A stretch of DNA of 40,720 bases from positions 1-40,720 of the forward strand of contig JAYTNA010000065.1 of the NCBI GenBank assembly GCA_043748865.1. Reading direction: 5' to 3'. Position numbers and translations under genes: made by a program. Source of the DNA: Saprospiraceae bacterium (GTDB taxonomy: Bacteria; Bacteroidota; Bacteroidia; Chitinophagales; Saprospiraceae). Below the pieces are notes generated by a model, which was given only the letters and a program-made list of their open reading frames with translations, did no database searches and was not told the DNA's origin. How positions within the stretch are numbered: position 1 is the stretch's first letter; every line of letters starts with the position of its first letter. Below are positions 21,132 to 28,344 of the stretch, piece by piece.

Positions 21132-22187
21132 TCAAATCAAATTATACCAAGTGCCTTTCCCGATACCATTTCGTTGAATTTGATTATTTTTCACTAAACT
21201 TTCAAGGTGTTTTCGTAAGGTATTTCGATTATATTGTGTGAAAGTTGCCAATTCACTTATCGTAATGCGCCCATTTTCACGAATTAAATCCACAATTGTT
21301 TGCGACATATCCGGCAGTTGCGTTAGCAAAAGGCGTTCTCGTTTTATCTTAATATCTAAATTATCTTTTTGACGTTTCAGCGATTTTAGAAAAAACAAAA
21401 CCCACGGCGACCAATTGGGTTCGTCCTGATTGAGTGTTGTTTGAGTTTGGCGCAATGATCGGTAATATTCGGGCTTCTCCCGTTCAATCACCGCTTCAAG
21501 AGAACTGTATGCTACATAACGATAACCCGCTTTTAGCAATAAAAAAGTCGTCAAAACTCTTGAAAGCCGTCCATTCCCATCTTGAAAAGGATGAATTGCC
21601 AAAAAACTAACCGTAAAAAAAGCAATAATCAATAAAGGATGCCAGTCTCTTTTTTTCAGATTTTCGACTGCCCAATCCACTAATTCTTGCATTTTTATTG
21701 GTGTTTCCAAAGGTGTCGTTGTTTCAAAAACGACCCCAACAACTTGACCAAAAGGATCTGTTGCGACCACATGATTCGGGAATTTTTTATATTGTCCTTT
21801 ATGCCATTGGTCTTTTTCACTATACTTCATCAGGTAGTCGTGTAGCTGTTGAATGAAATTTTCAGACAATGGAATATCATTATAATTATCAAAAACTATC
21901 GTCATCAAATCTGCATATCCTGCCACTTCTTGCTCGTCTCGGGTTTCAAATTTTTGAATTTTGAGATCGGCAATCAATTTTTCTACTTGTTGGTCAGTCA
22001 ATAAACTGCCTTCGATACGGGTACTTGATGCAATACTTTCTATCGTTGCTACTTTTCTAAGTTGCAACAATCTGTCGGGTGCGATATTGCCTAAAGCCAA
22101 CCACGCTCCTTTAAATTCGTCAATTTCTGTCATCAGATTGACGATTTGTTTTGTCAATATCAAAAATTCTGTTTTTACCATACGCAC
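21132..22187 (-). CDS. Fic/DOC-family protein (putative AMPylase) with an N-terminal inhibitory motif and a C-terminal winged-helix domain
   Basis: Canonical Fic motif HPFQDGNGRLSR (aa 199-210, nt 21558-21593). S-x-x-x-E-G inhibitory-helix motif STRIEG (aa 55-60). C-terminal HTH-like region (ISELATFTQYNRNTLRKHLESLV). Confidence 0.92.
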   Translation of the reverse strand: MRMVKTEFLILTKQIVNLMTEIDEFKGAWLALGNIAPDRLLQLRKVATIESIASSTRIEGSLLTDQQVEKLIADLKIQKFETRDEQEVAGYADLMTIVFDNYNDIPLSENFIQQLHDYLMKYSEKDQWHKGQYKKFPNHVVATDPFGQVVGVVFETTTPLETPIKMQELVDWAVENLKKRDWHPLLIIAFFTVSFLAIHPFQDGNGRLSRVLTTFLLLKAGYRYVAYSSLEAVIEREKPEYYRSLRQTQTTLNQDEPNWSPWVLFFLKSLKRQKDNLDIKIKRERLLLTQLPDMSQTIVDLIRENGRITISELATFTQYNRNTLRKHLESLVKNNQIQRNGIGKGTWYNLI

Positions 22188-22326
22188 ATTTTATCCAAAA
22201 GTACGCATAAAAATCATGTCAACCTAATAAAAGCCTTTAAACCTTATTTTTTATCTAAAAATGTATCCGTAAATACGCATAAATTATTTGAAAGTATAAA
22301 ATCATGCTAAAATACCGTACTTTTGC

Positions 22327-22410
22327 AAAAAAAAATCGTGCGGAAAAATTTTTTTTTCTGCGCGATTTTTTTTTATTTTTTCCGAAAAAATTTTTTTTTA
22401 TCGCACCGCA
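22327..22410. repeat. A-run/T-run palindromes with short GC cores in the fic / DUF418 divergent intergenic region
   Basis: aaaaatcgtgcgg (22331-22343) pairs with ctgcgcgattttt (22358-22370), allowing two G-T wobbles. Similar tccgaaaaaa/ttttttttta/tcgcaccgc blocks follow. Confidence 0.5.
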
Positions 22411-22569
22411 AATAAATATTTTCGGACGGTAGTTTTTTCTTCAATATTTTTTATAATTTTGACAATGGCTTGGGAAGACGGAATACTAATTCACACCTGT
22501 AGCAAGCCCTGTTCGTTATCGGTCATTGTAAAGCAAACCTTAAACTAAAAATAAATTCATATCAAAGAC

Positions 22570-23784
22570 ATGCAAAATCTTACAATAAAAAGAATTGAAC
22601 AAATTGACGCATTACGAGGCTTTGCATTATTTGGTATAATAATGACACATATGTTTGAAGGCTATTTGGCAAGTATGACACTGCCTCAATATATGGGATT
22701 TAATATTCTATACCCTATAGACAGTTTTTCACAAGTTGTAATTCAAAACCTGTTTGTCGGAAAATTTTATGCAATATTCTCAATGTTATTTGGACTAAGT
22801 TTCTATTTAATATTAGACCAGAAAAAAGGCTCAAGTTCTTTGAAATTTATCTGGAGATTAGTGTTGTTATTTCTCATTGGCTTTATTCACCATGTACATT
22901 ATAGAGGTGATTTTTTGACCGTTTATGCGGTCTTTGGTTTTGCATTAGTGCTTTTCAGAAAAGTTCCTAATAAAATCATTTTGATTCTTGGGCTTTTTCT
23001 TGCTTTCAACGGGCCTTCTATAATAACGAATTCTATCTCATTAATTCAAAAATCAAGGCAGGATACAGTCCAAGTTATAAAAGAAACTAAAATCATACCT
23101 TTCGATAATTCAGCAGATAATCCTGTTACACAGGCAACTGCTTATTTTGATTTGATACTTAAAGGTGAATACCGAAAATTGCTTGTGTCTAATAGCACTA
23201 CCGGCTTTTACAATAAATACAATTACCTAAAATTTAGTGGCAGACTATGGGTTATTCCGGGATTGTTCTTGTTAGGACTTTGGATAGGTCGTAAAAAATG
23301 GCACGAACAAATAGACAAGATTCCATTGGTTAAAATAATTTCTTTTTCAGCTTTAATAGGTATACCGTTGATAATAATAAGTTATTATTTTTCACTACCA
23401 ACCAATACCGGATTTATTCGTTATGTTGGCTCTATTGCCAAAGATGCTTCCAATATTTTTATGCCTCTTTTATATATCACTATTTTACTTTCTCTTTTCA
23501 AACTAAGTAGCACAAATAAAATCGTCAGTCAATTGATCCCGGTAGGTAAAATGGGACTTACAACCTATGCGTTACAGTCTGCTTTTGGCATTTTTATATT
23601 TTATGGCTATGGACTTGGACTTTTATTAAAATTATCAGGAACTGCGGCACTTGGACTTGGATTGCTATTTTTTCTTTTACAAATAGTCTTTAGTAAGTGG
23701 TGGTTCAGCAAGTATAAGTTTGGTCCATTGGAGTGGCTTTGGAGGAGTGGGACAAATGGAAGCTGGCAAACTATAAAACTATGA
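22570..23784 (+). CDS. DUF418-domain integral membrane protein (YeiB-like)
   Basis: RIEQIDALRGFALFGII start, multiple hydrophobic helices, and the C-terminal GPLEWLWRS motif characteristic of DUF418. Confidence 0.85.
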   Translation: MQNLTIKRIEQIDALRGFALFGIIMTHMFEGYLASMTLPQYMGFNILYPIDSFSQVVIQNLFVGKFYAIFSMLFGLSFYLILDQKKGSSSLKFIWRLVLLFLIGFIHHVHYRGDFLTVYAVFGFALVLFRKVPNKIILILGLFLAFNGPSIITNSISLIQKSRQDTVQVIKETKIIPFDNSADNPVTQATAYFDLILKGEYRKLLVSNSTTGFYNKYNYLKFSGRLWVIPGLFLLGLWIGRKKWHEQIDKIPLVKIISFSALIGIPLIIISYYFSLPTNTGFIRYVGSIAKDASNIFMPLLYITILLSLFKLSSTNKIVSQLIPVGKMGLTTYALQSAFGIFIFYGYGLGLLLKLSGTAALGLGLLFFLLQIVFSKWWFSKYKFGPLEWLWRSGTNGSWQTIKL

Positions 23785-23957
23785 ATGATTGCGACATATT
23801 ATTCTTGCAACACGAAAAAGATACATGCACGCCCTCATAATCACATCTTTTAATAATTTTTTTTACAAAGATAGCATATTTTTTGCGTTATTTGTGTGTG
23901 CTTGGTAATAAAATGATACTATGCGTACTGAAATATCAATGCCGAAATAAAAAAATC

Positions 23958-25367
23958 ATGAGATACACATTTATATTTTTTTTGCTCCTAATTGCTCTCG
24001 CTTGTAAAGATACCAAACCCAAACCGGTTGTCGTCTTAAAACCTGACGTAGAGTATTTGCATGATGCCGAACAAAAACTCACCGACATCATCATCACCGA
24101 TATTTTCAATCCGCCGGTAGCGAGTCGCGTTTATGTGTATCCGCTTTTGGCAGCATATGAAGCGGGAAGATTTTCTTCAGCTATCAGCTATCAACTATCA
24201 GCTATCAGTAATCAATCGTCAGGTGGTAACAAAAACCATAAAGCTGATAGCTTAAAGCTGATAGCTGATAGCTATTCTTCTATCACTAATCAACTCAAAG
24301 GTTTTGATAAAATGCCGACACCCGAAGCGGGAAAAGATTATGATTATACTGTTGCTTCCATCAAAGCATTTTGTACAGTTGCACCGAAAGTTATTTTTTC
24401 AGTTAAAGTTATTGCCGATTTTGAAACACAAACCTTAAATGTACTCAAAACGCGCTCGACGGATGAAGTTTATAACCGCTCTGTCGCTTTCGGTCAACAA
24501 GTGGCGGATGTAATCATAAAACGATTAAGTATTGATAATTACAAAGAAACACGCGGTATGTCGCGCTTTGAAGTAAAAAATGATATTCCCGGTCGTTGGG
24601 TGCCGACGACGCCGGATTATGCGGATGGTATAGAAGCACATTGGGGAAAAATGAAAACGTTGGTAATGGATTCTGCATCGCAATGCAAACCGCCGCCGCC
24701 GCCTGCTTACAGTGAAGATAAAATGAGTGCGTTTTGGAAAGAGACGCAAGAAGTTTACAACATCAGTAAAACAATGACAGATGAGCAAGAAAATATCATT
24801 TCTTTTTGGGATGATAATCCGTTTGTTTCTCGACATAAAGGGCATTTGATGTTTCAAGATAAAAAAATGACGCCGGGCGGGCATTGGTTGGCGATAGCTC
24901 GATTGTTTTTAAAAGAAAAAAATGCCGATTTCTATACTTCTTTGAAAACTTACGCGCTCACATCCGTTGTACTTTATGAAGGTTTTATCAGTTGTTGGGA
25001 TGAAAAATATCGCAATCCTTGCGTGAGACCGGAAACTGTTATCAGTGCAAAAATAGATAGACAGTGGCATCCGAATTTAGTAACGCCGGCATTTCCTTCT
25101 TATACTTCCGGACACAGTACGATTTCTGCATCGGCGGCAGAAGTTTTGACTGCTTTGTTCGGCGATAATCAAAAATTTACGGATACAACAGAAAAAGAAT
25201 TTGGTTTGCCTGTTCGCTCTTTTACTTCCTTTCGCCAAGCGGCGAGAGAAGCGTCTATCAGCCGCGTTTATGCGGGTATTCATTTTCGTTCCGATTGTGA
25301 CAAAGGCAATGAACAAGGAAAAAAAGTGGGACAGTTAATCAATTCCAAATTACAAATTACGAATTAG
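23958..25367 (+). CDS. PAP2-superfamily / vanadium-dependent haloperoxidase-like lipoprotein
   Basis: Starting at the internal Met gives MRYTFIFFLLLIALAC, a lipoprotein signal. PAP2 motifs PSYTSGHS and SRVYAGIHFRSD are in the C-terminal part. The track start at 23883 adds a Cys-rich non-signal leader. Confidence 0.85.
   Translation: MRYTFIFFLLLIALACKDTKPKPVVVLKPDVEYLHDAEQKLTDIIITDIFNPPVASRVYVYPLLAAYEAGRFSSAISYQLSAISNQSSGGNKNHKADSLKLIADSYSSITNQLKGFDKMPTPEAGKDYDYTVASIKAFCTVAPKVIFSVKVIADFETQTLNVLKTRSTDEVYNRSVAFGQQVADVIIKRLSIDNYKETRGMSRFEVKNDIPGRWVPTTPDYADGIEAHWGKMKTLVMDSASQCKPPPPPAYSEDKMSAFWKETQEVYNISKTMTDEQENIISFWDDNPFVSRHKGHLMFQDKKMTPGGHWLAIARLFLKEKNADFYTSLKTYALTSVVLYEGFISCWDEKYRNPCVRPETVISAKIDRQWHPNLVTPAFPSYTSGHSTISASAAEVLTALFGDNQKFTDTTEKEFGLPVRSFTSFRQAAREASISRVYAGIHFRSDCDKGNEQGKKVGQLINSKLQITN
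24179..24274. repeat. 96-nt heptamer-word hairpin (cagctat family) in frame inside the haloperoxidase-like CDS
   Basis: Left arm agctatc agctatc aactatc agctatc agtaatc. Right arm aagctgatagcttaaagctgatagctgatagct. The outer 14 nt are perfectly complementary. Flanked by ttcttc at 24173-24178 and 24275-24280, which are 102 nt (34 codons) apart. Confidence 0.85.
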
Positions 25368-25407
25368 GAATGATGATTTTCAAACCGTAAATCGTAATTA
25401 TTTTTTT
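25347..25407 (+). repeat. Heptamer-word hairpin plus T-run at the 3' end of the haloperoxidase-like gene (probable terminator)
   Basis: Left arm aaattac aaattac gaatta lies inside the last codons (KLQITN stop). Right arm cgtaaatcgtaatt spans 25386-25399 and is followed by ttttttt. Confidence 0.6.
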
Positions 25408-25636
25408 CTCGTTGTCGTACAATTCAACCAAATACCATTTTTACAAGCAGAATTGGGTGAAGTAATATGCGATGTGAGAGAAGTAACACCATGTGTTTGA
25501 ATACTGTGTTGTAAACGATATTTTGCTGCTTCAATTATTAGGCAGAGAAACAGAAAAATTAATTGATTCTCGCTCATCAAAACAAATTTAAACTTTTCAA
25601 TAAAACTTTTTTGTTACCGAATTCGTTTTTTGTGAT

Positions 25637-26707
25637 ATGGATAATAAAGAATTGGCAAGTGCAAACAATCTTTCCGGCGAAATCGTTTGGAAAAGTCCGG
25701 CTAATATTGCGATTGTAAAATATTGGGGAAAATATGGCGTACAGTTACCGCGCAATCCGAATATCAGTTTTACTTTGCAAAAAGCTGTAACTAAAATGAT
25801 GTTACATTATTCTCAAAAGAAAAACTTAACCGATAATAATATTAGTTTAAAGTTTGAGTTCAGCGAAGCAGATAAATCCGAAAAATTCAGACAAAAAATG
25901 ATGGCTTTTATGTCTTCTGTTTTGAATGAATTTCCGTTCTTGACGCAGTTAGATATGCGTATCGAATCGGAAAATTCATTTCCGCACTCGGCGGGTATTG
26001 CATCGTCGGCATCGAGTATGAGCGCTTTAGCATTGTGTCTTTGTTCTTTGGAATGTCGGTTGAAAGGGAAATTAAAAGAAAATTCGCCGGCATTTTTTAA
26101 ACGCGCCTCATACATTGCGCGCTTAGCTTCCGGCAGTGCGTGTCGTTCCATTTATTCGGGTATGGCATTGTGGGGAAAAATGAAAGAAGTGAAAGGCAGT
26201 TCTAATATGTTCGCGATTGATTTTAACGCGCACATTCACCCGGTTTTTAAAACTTATCATGATGCGATTTTAATTGTGAGTACTGCCGAGAAAAATATTT
26301 CGAGTCGTATGGGGCATGGTTTGATGAATAATAATGCTTACGCTGCACCGCGTTACAAACAAGCGCATGAACGTATGACCGCACTTTTAGAAATTTTAAA
26401 ATCCGGTGACACACATGCTTTCGGACAAATTGCGGAAGATGAAGCGATGACTTTGCACGCTCTGATGATGACGAGTTCACCTTCATTCACTTTGCTAAAA
26501 CCAAATACCCTAAATATGATAGAAGTTTTGCGCGAATGGCGACAACAAACAAACATTCCCGCTTATTTCAGTTTAGATGCCGGTCCGAATTTGCATTTAC
26601 TTTATCCTGATGAATTTGCAGAGCAAACCAAAACATTTATCGAAACAGCATTAAAACCGTTTTGTGAAGGTGGAATGATAATTTATGATAAGGTAGCTGA
26701 TAATTAA
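25637..26707 (+). CDS. mvaD: Diphosphomevalonate decarboxylase (GHMP kinase family, mevalonate pathway)
   Basis: SPANIAIVKYWGK...NPNISFTL N-terminal signature and the FPHSAGIASSASSMSALA GHMP motif. Confidence 0.9.
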   Translation: MDNKELASANNLSGEIVWKSPANIAIVKYWGKYGVQLPRNPNISFTLQKAVTKMMLHYSQKKNLTDNNISLKFEFSEADKSEKFRQKMMAFMSSVLNEFPFLTQLDMRIESENSFPHSAGIASSASSMSALALCLCSLECRLKGKLKENSPAFFKRASYIARLASGSACRSIYSGMALWGKMKEVKGSSNMFAIDFNAHIHPVFKTYHDAILIVSTAEKNISSRMGHGLMNNNAYAAPRYKQAHERMTALLEILKSGDTHAFGQIAEDEAMTLHALMMTSSPSFTLLKPNTLNMIEVLREWRQQTNIPAYFSLDAGPNLHLLYPDEFAEQTKTFIETALKPFCEGGMIIYDKVADN

Positions 26708-26710
26708 AAT

Positions 26711-27346
26711 CTAACAACTAAACTGATAAATACTATCCTCCCAATCTTTGCTCGGCACGATTTCGCACACCGGTTTTATGATGCCGTCGTGCAAATCATA
26801 GACCCAACCGTGAATGTGCGGAAAATCATGTTGCAACCACGCTTTTTGAACGATATTTGTTTTCGATAAATTCAAAGCTTGTTCTTGAATGTTTAATTCG
26901 GTCAGTCTGTTCAATCGCACATTATTTTCTTCGGGCAGTGCCTCTAACTCTTTGCTGTGCAAGCGATACACATCTTTAATGTGCGTGAGCCAAAAATCAA
27001 TGACACCATTCATTTTATTCGACATGGCAGCCGTCACACCGCCGCAACCGTAGTGTCCGCAAATAATAATGTGTTTGATATTTAAAACTTCAACGGCGTA
27101 TTGCAACACGCTGATTAAATTCATATCGGTACTTATAACCAAATTCGCCACGTTGCGATGAATGAACATTTCGCCCGGTTTTGTTTGCGTGATTTCATTC
27201 GGCGGTACGCGACTGTCAGAGCAACCGATCCAAAGAAATTCCGGTTTTTGAACATTTACTAACCGTTCAAAATAATCCGGATCTTCTTTTATTTTTATTT
27301 TTGCCCAATGTTTGTTGTTTGAAAGTAGTTGCTCGTATGATGACAT
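26711..27346 (-). CDS. can: Beta-class carbonic anhydrase
   Basis: Collinear similarity to E. coli Can: FLWIGCSDSRVP, HRNVANLV, IIICGHYGCGG, IHGWVYDLHDG. Confidence 0.95.
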   Translation of the reverse strand: MSSYEQLLSNNKHWAKIKIKEDPDYFERLVNVQKPEFLWIGCSDSRVPPNEITQTKPGEMFIHRNVANLVISTDMNLISVLQYAVEVLNIKHIIICGHYGCGGVTAAMSNKMNGVIDFWLTHIKDVYRLHSKELEALPEENNVRLNRLTELNIQEQALNLSKTNIVQKAWLQHDFPHIHGWVYDLHDGIIKPVCEIVPSKDWEDSIYQFSC

Positions 27347-27347
27347 T

Positions 27348-27379
27348 GCGATTTTAGATTCCGATTTCAGATTTTAGAG
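27348..27379. repeat. Single-arm heptamer tract (gatttta family) upstream of can
   Basis: gatttta gattccg atttcag attttag shows 7-nt periodicity. I found no inverted partner nearby. Confidence 0.45.
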
Positions 27380-27432
27380 TGAAAAAGTTAAATTACTAAC
27401 GATAGGAATGGATTTATTAATAAAAAGCCGAT

Positions 27433-27468
27433 GTCAGTGAGTCTATTGTCCATTGTCAACTGTCAATT
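27433..27468. repeat. Heptamer tract (attgtcc/attgtca family) overlapping the MBL hydrolase stop codon
   Basis: gtcagtgagtctattgtccattgtcaactgtcaatt uses the same words as the tract at 5651-5700. Confidence 0.6.
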
Positions 27469-28095
27469 AATAAACGGATTACTTGCACGTTCTCTACCGA
27501 TTGTCGTTGCAGGACCATGCCCACTGTAAACTTTTATATCGTCGGGTAAAACCATTAAACGTGTTGTGATACTCGTCAATAATTGTTCGTGATTACCGCT
27601 CGGTAAGTCGGTGCGACCGATGCTGCCGTAAAATAAAACATCGCCGCCGATTAAATATTTTTCTTCGACATTATAAAAACAAATACTGCCGGGCGAATGT
27701 CCGGGTGCTAAAATAACGTTAAGTTTTGTATTTCCGAAATTGATTTCTTCATTATCATCAATGAAACGCGACGGTTCCGGTTGTTCAGGAATCGGAAATC
27801 CCCAACGCAAACCGGCTGCGACGGCATTTTTTAAAACCGACAAATCGTGCTTATGAATTTCTAAACCCACGCCGTATTTTTCAATCACTAACGGATTCCC
27901 GGTAACATGATCAAGATGACAATGTGTGTTGAGTAGTCGCACAATTTTCAATCGGTTTTGAGCAATGAAATCGGTGAGTTTTTTTTGTTCCGTCGCATCG
28001 TAACAACCCGGGTCTATGATGACGGCTTCTTTTGTCTCGTCATATAAAATGTATGTATTTTCGGAAAAAGCATTAAAAGTAAAAACCTTTATCAT
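27463..28095 (-). CDS. MBL-fold metallo-hydrolase (glyoxalase II-like)
   Basis: THCHLDHV metal-binding motif, with GHSPGS and GRTDLP downstream motifs. Confidence 0.9.
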   Translation of the reverse strand: MIKVFTFNAFSENTYILYDETKEAVIIDPGCYDATEQKKLTDFIAQNRLKIVRLLNTHCHLDHVTGNPLVIEKYGVGLEIHKHDLSVLKNAVAAGLRWGFPIPEQPEPSRFIDDNEEINFGNTKLNVILAPGHSPGSICFYNVEEKYLIGGDVLFYGSIGRTDLPSGNHEQLLTSITTRLMVLPDDIKVYSGHGPATTIGRERASNPFIN

Positions 28096-28119
28096 TTTGG
28101 ATTTTGAATTTTGAATTTA
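28096..28119. repeat. Heptamer tract (ttggatt/ttgaatt) directly abutting the MBL hydrolase start codon
   Basis: ttttggattttgaattttgaattt begins one nt beyond the start codon of the - strand gene. Confidence 0.6.
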
Positions 28120-28274
28120 CAGACTATAAGAACGGTTATTAATCCATAAATAAAACTAATTGTTGTTTAATTTCGTTAAGTGCTAACGATTAGTATCAAA
28201 AACAAAACAAAAGTAAATTAAAACAACGATAAAAATAAAGTATCTAAAAATTTTAAGATTAAATTTGCAAGTCA

Positions 28275-28338
28275 ATTTTGGATTTTGGATTTTATCTGCG
28301 TATAAATTGAAAAAATTTAAAATCCAAAATCCAAAATC
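28275..28338. repeat. Heptamer-word hairpin (ttggatt family) 6 nt upstream of the recN start
   Basis: Arms attttggattttggatttt (28275-28293) and aaaatccaaaatccaaaatc (28319-28338) are nearly perfectly complementary, with a 25-nt loop. Confidence 0.85.
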
Positions 28339-28344
28339 GTAAAT

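Noticed and set aside
25398-25580. 60-aa ORF on the - strand in the 269-nt gap between the haloperoxidase-like gene and mvaD.
   Set aside because: It has no recognisable motif and is barely above the length cutoff in an AT-rich gap where random ORFs are expected. It also starts inside the terminator-like T-run region. Kept only as a possibility for ribosome profiling.
26707-26711. Very tight convergent junction between mvaD (stop at 26707) and can (stop at 26711), with no terminator between them.
   Set aside because: It is unusual but not informative by itself. Convergent genes with near-abutting stops occur commonly in compact genomes, and I could derive no further structure from it.
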